A model generated the notes under the pieces. The model worked only from the letters and a program-made list of their open reading frames with translations. It searched no databases and was not told the DNA's origin. This document shows, piece after piece, positions 49,055-58,356 of a stretch of 64,000 nucleotides of DNA. Each line of letters opens with the position of its first letter. The stretch's first letter is position 1. Source of the stretch: Longimicrobiales bacterium (GTDB taxonomy: Bacteria; Gemmatimonadota; Gemmatimonadetes; Longimicrobiales; Gaopeijiaceae); NCBI GenBank assembly GCA_965204735.1, contig OZ242008.1:2816001-2880000 (forward strand). The letters are read 5' to 3'. A program made the translations under genes and the position numbers.

Positions 49055-50566
49055 ATGTCCGACAAGCTCGATCCCGGCGCCGGAACCCCGGTCAGCCGCA
49101 GAACCTTCGTGGAGCGAGGCGCCAAGATCGCCGCCGGCGCCGTTGCGGCGCCCCGGGCGGCGCTGGCAAGCTCCCGTCGCCGACCCCCCTCGGAGAAGCT
49201 GAACGTGGGCATCGTGGGCGTCGGCGGACAGGGAACGGAGAACGCGCTGGAGCTGGGCTCGGAGCACGTCGCCGCGATCTGCGACGTGGACTTCGGCGTG
49301 GTGCACCGGCGGGTCCAGGAGCGGCTCGTCGACTACGACGGCAACCCTTCCGAGAAGGGGCGCCGATGGCGGGAGCAGTTCCTGCAGGCCCGCCAGTACG
49401 TGGACTTCCGCGAGATGCTGGACCAGGAGCGGGAGCTGGACGCCGTGGTGGTCGCAACGCCGGACCACCTGCACGCCCCCGTCGCCAAGGCGGCGATGGA
49501 GGCCGGCAAGCACGTCTACGTCGAGAAGCCCCTGACGTACACGGTTCACGAAGCGCGGGCGCTGGCCCGGCTGGCGGAGGAGACCGGCGTGGTCACCCAG
49601 ATGGGCAACCAGGGCCACTCTGCGGACAGCGCGCGCCTGATCAACGAGTGGGTGCAGGCCGGCGTGATCGGGACGGTCGGCGAGGTCCACGTGTGGACCA
49701 ACCGCCCGATCTGGCCCCAGGGCGTGCTCCGGCCGGGGCCGTGGAAGGAAGGCCTGAACCCGGGCTGGTACCAGCAGTGGCACCAGGGCGCGATCCACGC
49801 GCTGGCGGCCGACGTGATGGACGCGGACTACCCGTTGCCGCACCAGATGCGGTGGGACCTGTACCTGGGTCCGACCACCAGGGACGTGCCCTACCACCCA
49901 GTCTACCACCCGTTCAACTGGCGGGGCTGGGTCGACTTCGGCGCGAGCGCCCTGGGCGACATGGGCGCGCACCTGATCGACCATCCGGTGTGGGCGCTGG
50001 GACTGACCTGCCCCACCCGCGTGGAAGCCACGTCGACGCCCTGGGGCGGCTCGGACGACGAACCCGTCTCCTTCCCCCTGGCCATGCGCGCCCACTTCGA
50101 GTTCCCCGCCCGGGGCGCGGCGCCGCCGGTGGACCTGCACTGGTACGACGGCGGACTCATGCCTCCGCGCCCCGGCGGCCTCCCTTCCCACGTGGAGCTG
50201 GAGCGCGAGGGGGGCGTCATCTTCGTCGGCAGTCGGGGCATCCTGATGCACGAGACCTACGGGCGGAACCCGCAGCTCTTCCCCGCCCACCTGGCGGACG
50301 AGGCCGGCGACGTCGAGAAGCGCTACCCGCGCATCGAGGAGTCGCATCAGATGAACTGGGTCAGGGCGTGCAAGGAGGGGGGCGAGGCGTCGTGCCCCTT
50401 CGACTACGGCGCCCGCCTCACCGAGATCATGCTGCTGGGGATCGTGGCGCTGCGGACGGGCCAGGGCCGCGCGATCGACTACGACGCCGAAGCGATGCGG
50501 GTCGTCAACGCCGACGAGGCCAACCGCTACCTGACCCGGGAGTACCGGGACGGCTGGGCGGTGTAG
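49055..50566 (+). CDS. Gfo/Idh/MocA family oxidoreductase (Tat)
   Basis: [41 protein letters not shown]. Confidence 0.9.
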   Translation: MSDKLDPGAGTPVSRRTFVERGAKIAAGAVAAPRAALASSRRRPPSEKLNVGIVGVGGQGTENALELGSEHVAAICDVDFGVVHRRVQERLVDYDGNPSEKGRRWREQFLQARQYVDFREMLDQERELDAVVVATPDHLHAPVAKAAMEAGKHVYVEKPLTYTVHEARALARLAEETGVVTQMGNQGHSADSARLINEWVQAGVIGTVGEVHVWTNRPIWPQGVLRPGPWKEGLNPGWYQQWHQGAIHALAADVMDADYPLPHQMRWDLYLGPTTRDVPYHPVYHPFNWRGWVDFGASALGDMGAHLIDHPVWALGLTCPTRVEATSTPWGGSDDEPVSFPLAMRAHFEFPARGAAPPVDLHWYDGGLMPPRPGGLPSHVELEREGGVIFVGSRGILMHETYGRNPQLFPAHLADEAGDVEKRYPRIEESHQMNWVRACKEGGEASCPFDYGARLTEIMLLGIVALRTGQGRAIDYDAEAMRVVNADEANRYLTREYRDGWAV

Positions 50567-50573
50567 AGGCCGG

Positions 50574-51551
50574 TCAGAGCTCCACCAGCCGCCCGACCCC
50601 TTCGGCCTCGGCCCTGCGGAGCGCCTCCGCCCCGATCGCCACGTCCTGCACGGCGGTCCCGACGGACTTGAAGAACGTCAGCTCCCGGCCCGCGCTCCCT
50701 TCCAGAGCCCGGCCGGCCACGATCTCGCCCAGCTCGGCGTCGATCACGTCGTGGGGAACCGTCCCGTCTCGGATGGGGACCACGATGTCGCCGGCCTCCT
50801 CCAGCGCCGACTCCCGATGCTCCACCACCACCCGGGCGCGCTTCACGACCTCGGGGCCGATCTCCTGCGCATCCGGCCGAAAGCTGCCGCTGCCGCTCAC
50901 ATGGGTTCCGGCCGGGAGGCGGGCGCCGTCGAACACCGGGGTGCGCGACGGAGTGACGGCCACGATCACGTCGGCGCCCTCCACCGCCTCTGCCGGGTCC
51001 GCCACGGCCAGGGCCTCGACGCCCTCCAGCGACGCCGCCAGCCTTCGCGCCGACACGCCTCCCCGCGACACGATCCGCACTTCCTCGATCGGCCGCACCG
51101 CCCGCGCGGCCTCGATCTGGCGGGGCGCCTGGGCGCCGGCGCCGAAGATCGCCAGGACTCGCGACTCGGGGCGGCTCAGCAGCCGCGTCGCGAGCCCCGC
51201 GGCGGCCGCGGTGCGGATCGCCGTGAGCTCGCCGGCCTCCATGACGGCCTTCGGCAGCCCGGTGTCGTCGTCGAGGACCAGCACGACCCCGTTGATCGAC
51301 GGCAACCCCCGCTCCCGGTTGCCGGGGAAGAGCGACGCGACCTTCACGCCGCGCGCGCCGGCGTCTTGCAGGCGGGCAGGCATGAACAAGCTGACGCCGC
51401 CGCCGGAGGCCAGGGCCACGCGCACCGGCATCTCCGCCCGCCGCGCCGAAAGCTGGCCGAAGGCGGTTGCCATGGCGTTGATGGCGTCTTCCATGGGGAC
51501 CAGAGAGACGATGTCGGCGCGAGAGAGGACGCGGAGCGGGCTCGCCGTCAC
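50574..51551 (-). CDS. Ornithine cyclodeaminase / mu-crystallin family protein
   Basis: LTAIRTAAA, IFGAGAQA, FFKSVGTAVQD. Confidence 0.88.
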   Translation of the reverse strand: MTASPLRVLSRADIVSLVPMEDAINAMATAFGQLSARRAEMPVRVALASGGGVSLFMPARLQDAGARGVKVASLFPGNRERGLPSINGVVLVLDDDTGLPKAVMEAGELTAIRTAAAAGLATRLLSRPESRVLAIFGAGAQAPRQIEAARAVRPIEEVRIVSRGGVSARRLAASLEGVEALAVADPAEAVEGADVIVAVTPSRTPVFDGARLPAGTHVSGSGSFRPDAQEIGPEVVKRARVVVEHRESALEEAGDIVVPIRDGTVPHDVIDAELGEIVAGRALEGSAGRELTFFKSVGTAVQDVAIGAEALRRAEAEGVGRLVEL

Positions 51552-52102
51552 GAAGCCTCCAGGTACCGTTCCTCCAGCACCTTCCGGTGGTGCGTCGAGT
51601 GTCCGGCGACGATCCAGGCGACGCCCCTCACGCTGAACTCCACGTCGTTGGCCACGCCCCGGCGGTTCCAGGCGTGGTCCTCCAAGCCGGCGAAGAGCAG
51701 GACGGTGGCCCGGCGCACGGCCCGAAGCTCCTCGGCCAAGCCGGAGAGACCGCGCCGGTCCGCTCCCGACGCGACGGCGTAGTCGTTCTCGTCGAAGGAG
51801 GGGTAGCGGGCTTGGTCGCCCCGAGCGAAAGCCAGCGCCCGGGCCGCGAACATGCGTTCGGCGTCGATCACGTGGCCCACGACCTCGCGCACCGTCCACT
51901 TGCCGGGCGCGTAGCGGTGGCCTTCCCTCTCCGGCGCCACCCGCGCCAGCACGCCGTCCCATGCGGCCATGTCCTCGCCCAGCACGTCCAGGGGCGAGTC
52001 GCCGGCGGCGGCCGCGGCAGCGACATAGGGAGCGTAGAAGCTGGGGCAGTCGCCGGGGCGGGGCGGGCCGGCGTCGGCCGGGCCGGAGCGCGTGGAGGTC
52101 AC
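51548..52102 (-). CDS. DinB family protein
   Basis: RYAPGKWTVREVVGHVIDAER, IVAGHSTHH. Confidence 0.85.
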   Translation of the reverse strand: MTSTRSGPADAGPPRPGDCPSFYAPYVAAAAAAGDSPLDVLGEDMAAWDGVLARVAPEREGHRYAPGKWTVREVVGHVIDAERMFAARALAFARGDQARYPSFDENDYAVASGADRRGLSGLAEELRAVRRATVLLFAGLEDHAWNRRGVANDVEFSVRGVAWIVAGHSTHHRKVLEERYLEAS

Positions 52103-52647
52103 GGATCCAGAAGCGACTCGACGTCGGCCTTCACGTCGTCGGCCGTCGGATGGAAGCGACCCGGCCACTTGCGAGCGATCCTTCCTTCGGCGTCCACCAG
52201 GAAGCTGGCCGGCAGCCCGTTGAGGAAGTACAGGTCCATGATCTCCTGGGAAGGCTGGTGGTACAGGGGGAACGAGACGCCCACCTCGGCGGCGAACTCC
52301 TCGATCAGCGGTCGGTCGGAGCGGCCGTCCACGCTGACGCCCACCACGCGGAAGCCCCGGTCCGAGTACGCGTCGTGAAGTTCCTGAAGCTCCGGCATCT
52401 CCTGGCGGCAGGGCGCGCACCAAGTCGCCCACACGTTGAGCAGGTAGGGGCCGCCGAGGAGGTCCTGGGAGCTGAAGGGCGGGCCGTCGTCGAGGCTCGA
52501 CGCCGTGAACGGCGGCGCCGCGTCGCCGACCTGGGGCGCTCTGATCTCGCCGAGAGCGCACCCCGCAACGGCCAGCGCGACCAAGGCGCCCAGGCGCGTG
52601 GCGGCTCGTCCGGCGGGCCGGCCGAGCCATGCAAGGTTATTCTTCAT
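52099..52647 (-). CDS. TlpA/ResA family thiol-disulfide oxidoreductase (lipoprotein)
   Basis: LLNVWATWCAPCRQEMP, GLPASFLVD, VAGC lipobox. Confidence 0.9.
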   Translation of the reverse strand: MKNNLAWLGRPAGRAATRLGALVALAVAGCALGEIRAPQVGDAAPPFTASSLDDGPPFSSQDLLGGPYLLNVWATWCAPCRQEMPELQELHDAYSDRGFRVVGVSVDGRSDRPLIEEFAAEVGVSFPLYHQPSQEIMDLYFLNGLPASFLVDAEGRIARKWPGRFHPTADDVKADVESLLDP

Positions 52648-52867
52648 CTGCGGGTCATCTTCTTGGCAGGGAGAACAGGCGCAAGCTGCCGCCGAGACGG
52701 GCGCCGGCCAACGCCGACATCCGCGTGGGGTCCACTTCGACTTTCCGCGGCCCAAGCTACCGCCTAGGCGGGACGCCGGCCAACCCTTCGGCGGGCTGAA
52801 GCGGAACCGGGAGCGCGGGTGCCGCGTAGGGGGACGACACTTCGCCATCGGACTTCGGGAGAGCTCC

Positions 52868-53587
52868 ATGGAGTCGACGCAGTTCACGGATCAGGACGCG
52901 GAAGCCGCCGCGCGGAGCGGAGGGGCCAAGGGGAAGCTGCTCTTCCTGGCCGGATTCGCCGTCTACTTCGGCGCGCTGTGGCAGCTGTGGGAGACGCCCG
53001 CGATCTACCCGATGAAGATCTTCGTGGTCATGCTTCACGAGATCAGCCATGGGATCGCCTCCGTCGCGACGGGGGGCACGATCGAGAAGATCGTTCTCGA
53101 CCCGCACCAGGGGGGAGCCTGCTACTGTCCCGGCGGAAGCGCGTTCATCACTCTCTCGGCAGGCTACCTGGGCAGTCTGCTGTGGGGAGTGGCGATGCTG
53201 CGCGCGGCCGGGTCGGCCCGCATTCCCGACCAGCCGGTGGTCTTCCTCATGGGCGCGGCGGTGGCGACGCTGTCGATCCTCTACGTCAGGAGCGGGTTCG
53301 GCCTCCTCTTCGGCCTGGGCTTCGGAGGCGCGCTGATGGCGTCCGCCGGCCTTCTGGGGCCGAAGATCAGCCGGGTCGTCCTCACCGTGCTGGGGCTGAC
53401 CAGCTGCCTCTATGCGATCCTCGACATCAAGAGCGACGTGCTCGACCGACCGCACCTCCGGTCCGACGCCGCCATGCTGGCCGAGATGACGCCCGGGATC
53501 TCGACCACGACATGGGGGATCTTATGGATCACCGTCGCGGTCGTCGTGAGCGGATTGGCGTTCCGACGGGCCTTCCGGGCGGCGTGA
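52868..53587 (+). CDS. Peptidase M50B-like membrane protein
   Basis: HEISH zinc motif, SAGYLG, SDA..LA. Confidence 0.85.
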   Translation: MESTQFTDQDAEAAARSGGAKGKLLFLAGFAVYFGALWQLWETPAIYPMKIFVVMLHEISHGIASVATGGTIEKIVLDPHQGGACYCPGGSAFITLSAGYLGSLLWGVAMLRAAGSARIPDQPVVFLMGAAVATLSILYVRSGFGLLFGLGFGGALMASAGLLGPKISRVVLTVLGLTSCLYAILDIKSDVLDRPHLRSDAAMLAEMTPGISTTTWGILWITVAVVVSGLAFRRAFRAA

Positions 53588-53638
53588 CTTGCCTGCTCGG
53601 CGCCTCGACTTGGCGGGCGGGCGGCGCGAGCTGCTCGC

Positions 53639-53668
53639 TTGACTCCACGCCCGTTCCAACCTTAGCTT
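53639..53668 (+). promoter_or_regulatory. Sigma70-like promoter TTGACT-N18-TAGCTT
   Basis: Near-consensus -35/-10 in a GC-rich intergenic region, upstream of an extended SD and a terminator. Confidence 0.5.
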
Positions 53669-53764
53669 GCAGGACAAGCTGGGGGCGCGGACGCGCTTCC
53701 GGCGGCTTCGAGCAGGACACGGTGTTCCGCCCGATGTCGAACCCACAGAAAAGGAGGTGATCAC

Positions 53765-53827
53765 TTGTCCAGTCCCAGTACCCAGCCCAACCCGGCAAGG
53801 GCAGGCGGTCGCCGCTTCGGCAACTAG
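53765..53827 (+). CDS. Putative 20-aa small protein (MSSPSTQPNPARAGGRRFGN), or part of an ncRNA
   Basis: AAAGGAGGTGATC with AGGAGG 7 nt before TTG; TAG stop; bounded by promoter and terminator. Confidence 0.45.
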   Translation: MSSPSTQPNPARAGGRRFGN

Positions 53828-53887
53828 CCGAATCACGATCGAACGTTCGCGCCGTAAGCGGCCATCGCGCCGGGTTGCGGCCGGTTC

Positions 53888-53938
53888 AACGCCCCCGGAG
53901 GCCAGCAGTGCTTGCGCCTCCGGGGGCGTTTCGTCTTC
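53888..53938 (+). terminator. Intrinsic terminator hairpin (possibly bidirectional)
   Basis: 15-bp perfect stem AACGCCCCCGGAGGC/GCCTCCGGGGGCGTT followed by a T-rich tail, between convergent units. Confidence 0.75.
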
Positions 53939-53983
53939 GGGAGCCGCCCCCCGGCGACCGAAGCGCGAGCGCCGCAGTCCCTC

Positions 53984-54358
53984 CTACTCCGCCTCGAACA
54001 CGGACGCCAGCAGGTCGCCGTTGTAGCCGACCACGATGACCGTGCCCGCCCTCAGCGCCGGCGCCCGGAGCTTGCCGGACCGCCCCAGCACCAACGCCAG
54101 GAGGTGGTCGTCGGGGGGCCGCCCCTCGCCCAAGTCGATCCGCACGGTCTTCCGTCCCTTGGCCACCCGAAGCTCGGTCGCGCCCTCCAGCAGGGCCAGG
54201 ACGGCGTCGCCCTCCACCGGTTCCTTCCCGGCGTGCCGGACGGTCTTGGCCTCGATCCCTTTCTTCGCAAGGAACTCTTGCGTGCGCTTGCAGCTCGTTC
54301 AGCCCGGACGGTGGTACCGCCACTCGAGGCTTCGGCTCGCCTTGGTCGTTCCGCTCAT
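53984..54358 (-). CDS. ArsC-family (thioredoxin-fold) selenoprotein with UxxC motif, 124 aa
   Basis: MSGTTKASRSLEWRYHRPG-TGA-TSCKRTQEFL...LGRSGKLRAPALRAG..VVGYN; in-frame TGA at 54301-54299, followed by a SECIS-like hairpin. Confidence 0.85.
54266..54282 (-). promoter_or_regulatory. Putative bacterial SECIS hairpin
   Basis: CGCAAG-AGTTC-CTTGCG; loop begins after 22 nt downstream of the UGA, with G at loop position 2. Confidence 0.6.
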
Positions 54359-54457
54359 CTCGGCCCTCGCTTCTTGCCGAGGCGCGTCGGGGCGCCTACC
54401 GTCGCAGATGCCCATTCCGCCGCCCACTCGTCACTCGGAGACAAGGTACTCGTTCCG

Positions 54458-55027
54458 ATGAGCCCGACAACCGCTTCCGCTTCTCGTCGCGCCACGCTCC
54501 CGGCCCTTCTCGCCGGCGCCCCCCTCCTTCTTGGCCTGCTGGCGTCGGCGTCGTGCGCCCCTGCCAACGGCGACGGCCCGCCCGCCGACGACGACTCGTC
54601 CTCCGCCGAAGCTGCCGGCGCCTCGGAGGCGACGGTCGGCCAAGCGCCTGCGCGTTCGTACGTCGGTCCCCGTTCCCCTGCCGACGGCGACGGCGTCCTG
54701 CCGTTCAGCGGCGCGGTCTGGGTCGGCAACACCCTCTACCTTTCGGGGCAGCTGGGGCTGGAGAACGGCCGCCCGCCCGAGACCGCCGAGGCAGAAGCAG
54801 TTCGGGTCATGGACAACGTGAAGAACCTGCTGGAGGAGGCCGGCCTGACGATGGACGATCTGGTCGTCGTCCAGGTGTTCGCGTCGGACGTGGGCGACTA
54901 CGCGGCGTTCAACGGCGTCTACCGGACGTACTTCACCAGCGAGTACCCGGCGCGGGCGTTCATCGGCGCGGGAACGCTGCTCTTCGATGCCCGCTTCGAG
55001 GTCCAGGGCATCGCAGCTCGGCGCTAG
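54458..55027 (+). CDS. RidA/YjgF family protein with N-terminal lipoprotein signal
   Basis: LLASASC lipobox; LPFSGAV, LYLSGQLG, FNGVY..YF...PARAFIG, FEVQGIA. Confidence 0.85.
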   Translation: MSPTTASASRRATLPALLAGAPLLLGLLASASCAPANGDGPPADDDSSSAEAAGASEATVGQAPARSYVGPRSPADGDGVLPFSGAVWVGNTLYLSGQLGLENGRPPETAEAEAVRVMDNVKNLLEEAGLTMDDLVVVQVFASDVGDYAAFNGVYRTYFTSEYPARAFIGAGTLLFDARFEVQGIAARR

Positions 55028-56240
55028 CCCAGGATCACTTTCCGGAGCGCCTTCACGCCCTCCACGGCCCGCTCGACGTGGGCGGTCGTGTTGTAGACGT
55101 GAGGGCACAGTCGCACGCCGCCCGTCGCGGCGCCCGCGATCCCGTGCTCCTCGTACAGACGGTTCACCGCCGTGCGGCGGTCCCCCGGCGCGTGGACGAC
55201 GCACACGCCTGCCGACAACCGAGGGGCCGTCGGCGTCACCAGCGTCATGCCAGCCTCCGTCAGTCCTTCCTTGAGCGCAGCAGCCAAGTGGGCAACCCGG
55301 GCGGCGACCGCCGACGGCGCGATGGCCGAATGGAAGCGGGCGGCGGTTCCGACGGCGGCCAGGCAGGCGTCGTCGCGCTGGCCCAGGGACTCGAACTTTC
55401 GGGCGCCGGCAACGTCCGGCTCGACGTCGGCGCCCCACCCCGGCGCCACGGCGGCGGGCCGGAGTACGAGTCGCACCCCGTCTTGCGCAGGCTCACGTCC
55501 AGGGCGCCCCACGTTTGTGCGCCGTCCACGTGGAAGTGGATGCCCCGGCGCCGGGTCTCCGCCGCCAGCTCGCGCACCGGCAGGCGGACTCCGCTGACGT
55601 TGGACACGTGGGTGACCGACAGCACTCGGGTGCGGTCCGACAACGCGGCCAGGAACGGGGCGGCCAGCTCGCCCGGGCCGGACGGCCGCGCCGGAACGGA
55701 CACGCGCCTGACCGAGAAGCCGAAGCGCGCAGCCCGCACGTCCCACGCCACGTTGTTCGTCGGGTGGTTCTGGTCCCAAAGGACGACCTCTTCGCCCGGC
55801 GAGAGGGGAATGCCCGCGGCGACAGTGTTGTTGGCCTCGCTCGTGTTGCGCACCAGCGCGACCTCGTCGGGGTCGACGCCCAGCTGCGCCGCGGCTTGGG
55901 CACGCGACTCCTCCAGCAGCGCACCGAACTTGGCCCGGTTGTTGAACGAGCAGTCCCGGTCGATGTCGCGGGTCAGCTCCTCCACCCTCGCCGCCACTGC
56001 GCGGGGCGACGGGCACAGGTTGGCCGCGTTCATCGGAACCCGCTCCTCCCGAAACGAGAAGCGAGCCCGCACCTGCTCCCAGTAGTACTCGTCGTCTGGG
56101 GCGGCCGGCGCCGAACGCGCCGAAGGAACTCGGCGGCGGCCCGAGTCCGCCCGACGCCCGGCCTGCGAGGCGGAGTGCGGGAGCGCCGCGGCGCCGGCGG
56201 CGATCCCCAAGAGGAACGAGCGGCGGGTGGGATCGGGCAT
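55024..56240 (-). pseudogene. Tat-signal class V PLP aminotransferase, internally deleted and frameshifted
   Basis: TRRSFL, MNAANLCPSP, RNTSEAN, HVDGAQTWG..DSYSG in one frame; C-terminal half (VAPGWG...KFESLGQRDD...VRLCPHVYN) in another; the SxHKW PLP-lysine segment is absent at ~55460. Confidence 0.78.
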
Positions 56241-56288
56241 GACGGCAACTCCTCATCGACGCGAGCGGGAGCCGCGGGAGAACGCGGC

Positions 56289-58147
56289 TGTCGTACCAAT
56301 TTAGAAATGTCCGGTCTTACCAAGATAGAAATGTCCTCTTTCGGGCGATGTTCGGCGGGAGTCGAACTCGTGCCCGGGAGAGGAGCGAATGGAGTTGAGC
56401 TTGAAGGAGCGGGACCGGATCTCGGTGTTGAGGCAGGTGAGCGAAGGCGTGCTGGCGGCGGCCGACGGCGCGGCGCGCTTCGGGGTGACGGAGCGTCACT
56501 TCCGGCGCGTGCGCCGCCGGTTCGAGGCGGCGGGCGACGAGGTGGTCGTGCACGGGCTCCGGGGTCGGAGGTCGAACCGGTCGCTGCCGTCGGAGACGCG
56601 GGAGCAGGTGCTGGTCATGGCCAGGGACCCCGACTACGCCGACTTCGGCGCCACGTTTCTGGCGGAGCATGTCGAGCGGGAGCTGGGCGTGCGCGTCAGC
56701 GCGGAGACGCTGCGGGCATGGCGGAAGGGCGCGGGCTTGTGGCAGCGCAAGCGCAAGCGGGCGAAGCACCGGCGCCGACGTCCGCGTCGCGCCGCGCGGG
56801 GCGAGCTGCTCCAGTGGGACAGCTCGGTTCACGCCTGGCTTGAAGACCGGGGGCCGCCCGACCTCGTGCTGATCGCGCTGCACGACGACGCGACGAGCGG
56901 GTTCATGCACGGTCGCTTCGTCGAGCGCGACACGGGCGCCGCGAATCGGCGAGCGATCGTCGAGTGCCTCGAACGCCACGGACGGCCGAGGGCGGTGTAC
57001 GTGGACCACGCGGGCCACTTCGGGCAGCGCCTCGGCCCGGAGGGCAAGCGGACCCGGACGATCATCGGCACGGCGCTGGAGAAGCTGGGCGTCGAGGTGG
57101 TCCTGGCGAACTCGCCGCAGGCGAAGGGCCGGGTCGAGCGGACGTTCGGCACGGCGCAGGACCGGCTGGTCAAAGAGATGCGCTTGGCGCGAGTCACCAC
57201 GCTCGAGGCGGCGAACCGCTACTTGGAGGAGCGGTGGGTTCCGTTCTGGAACGAACGCTTCACGGTGGCGCCGGCCGATCCCCTCGACGCCCATCGCCCG
57301 CTGCCTCAGGACATCGATCTGGAAGCCCTCTTCGCCGAGACGGACACGCGGGTCGTGGCCCGCGACTTCACCGTGCGCTTCGAGAACCGCTTCTGGCAGG
57401 TCACGGCCCGCGACGCCGAGGCGGCCGGCGTCGCGCCGGGCTCCCCCGTCGTCGTCGAACGGCGTCTCTCGGGCGAGCTGCGCTTCCGGCATCGCGGCTG
57501 CTACCTGACGCCCAAGGCCTTGGGGGCGGTCCGGTCGGCGACGCCCAAGCCGGCGCCGGCGCCCGCGACGGCCAAGCCCAGGCCCAAGCCGCCGAAGCCG
57601 GGAAGGGATCACCCGTGGCGCAAGCACTTCAGCGCCAGCGTGGCCCAGGCCGTGGCCAAGCGGGAACACCGCGCCGCCCACTCCAACGGGACCGGTCCCG
57701 AGCGGTGCAGGACCTCGTCCTGAGCCTGCAGGCGGGGACGGCAGCTCGCACTCCCCTTCCCGCAAAGGTCGGACGCGACCGCAGTGTCGGCATCCGTGCC
57801 TCCGAGGCTTGCCGGCGCTGCGCAGGTCGCTCGGCGCACCACGACCGTCCGAGCTGGCAGGCTCAGTGCGAACTGCGAGCCATCGGGGCAGCAGTGTCCG
57901 GACCCGTCCGCGTTGGCGTCCACCCGGCCAGAGCTTGGCCACGGCGACGACCTCGACTCGCCCGGCCGCCACTGGCCTTGAAGCGCCTGGAACAGGGCGC
58001 CCGGCGCCGTCCAGCCCAGGCTTGCTGGATCCGCGTGTCCTGCGCCCGACACCTGGCCCCCGGCCTCAGGAAGAACCCACCGTCCACACCATCAGGGGGG
58101 ACATTTCTACTTTGGCCAACTACCGGACATTCTACTTTGGCTTGACA
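56289..58147 (+). mobile_element. Complete IS1202-family (ISNCY-type) insertion sequence, 1859 bp, 16-bp target duplication
   Basis: Ends TGTC...GACA, each with two CCAA-N2-TAGAA(A)TGTCC boxes; direct repeat CGCGGGAGAACGCGGC at 56273-56288 and 58148-58163. Confidence 0.92.
56389..57723 (+). CDS. DDE transposase (IS1202/ISNCY)
   Basis: HGLRGRRSNR, GELLQWDSSVHAW, DDATS, VYVDH, ANSPQAKGRVERTFGTAQDRL, DHPWR. Confidence 0.93.
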   Translation: MELSLKERDRISVLRQVSEGVLAAADGAARFGVTERHFRRVRRRFEAAGDEVVVHGLRGRRSNRSLPSETREQVLVMARDPDYADFGATFLAEHVERELGVRVSAETLRAWRKGAGLWQRKRKRAKHRRRRPRRAARGELLQWDSSVHAWLEDRGPPDLVLIALHDDATSGFMHGRFVERDTGAANRRAIVECLERHGRPRAVYVDHAGHFGQRLGPEGKRTRTIIGTALEKLGVEVVLANSPQAKGRVERTFGTAQDRLVKEMRLARVTTLEAANRYLEERWVPFWNERFTVAPADPLDAHRPLPQDIDLEALFAETDTRVVARDFTVRFENRFWQVTARDAEAAGVAPGSPVVVERRLSGELRFRHRGCYLTPKALGAVRSATPKPAPAPATAKPRPKPPKPGRDHPWRKHFSASVAQAVAKREHRAAHSNGTGPERCRTSS

Positions 58148-58356
58148 CGCGGGAGAACGCGGCCCTTCCGTGAGTTTTCCGGCCGGCTTATCTTGCCGAC
58201 GCGCATGGCAGGCCGGCAAGCCGCGGCCCGCAGCCCGACGCGTCTTCGAGAACCGCCAGCCTTTGGCGCCGACCCCTTCGCCCTGGAGCCGACGCCTTTC
58301 GCCCGGAGCCGGTTCCTTTTAGCCCGGACCCGACCCCTTCGCACGGGAGCCCCTCG

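Noticed and set aside
53745..53765. 16S rRNA gene fragment on the minus strand
   Set aside because: The match is limited to the anti-SD tail; flanks do not continue as 16S (GGCTGGATCACC is absent).
56317..57972. 551-aa antisense ORF over the transposase, and similar long antisense ORFs elsewhere
   Set aside because: No recognisable motifs; expected mirror frames of GC-rich coding sequence.
58142..58172. Outward hybrid promoter from TTGACA at the IS right end
   Set aside because: No plausible -10 hexamer 16-18 bp downstream.
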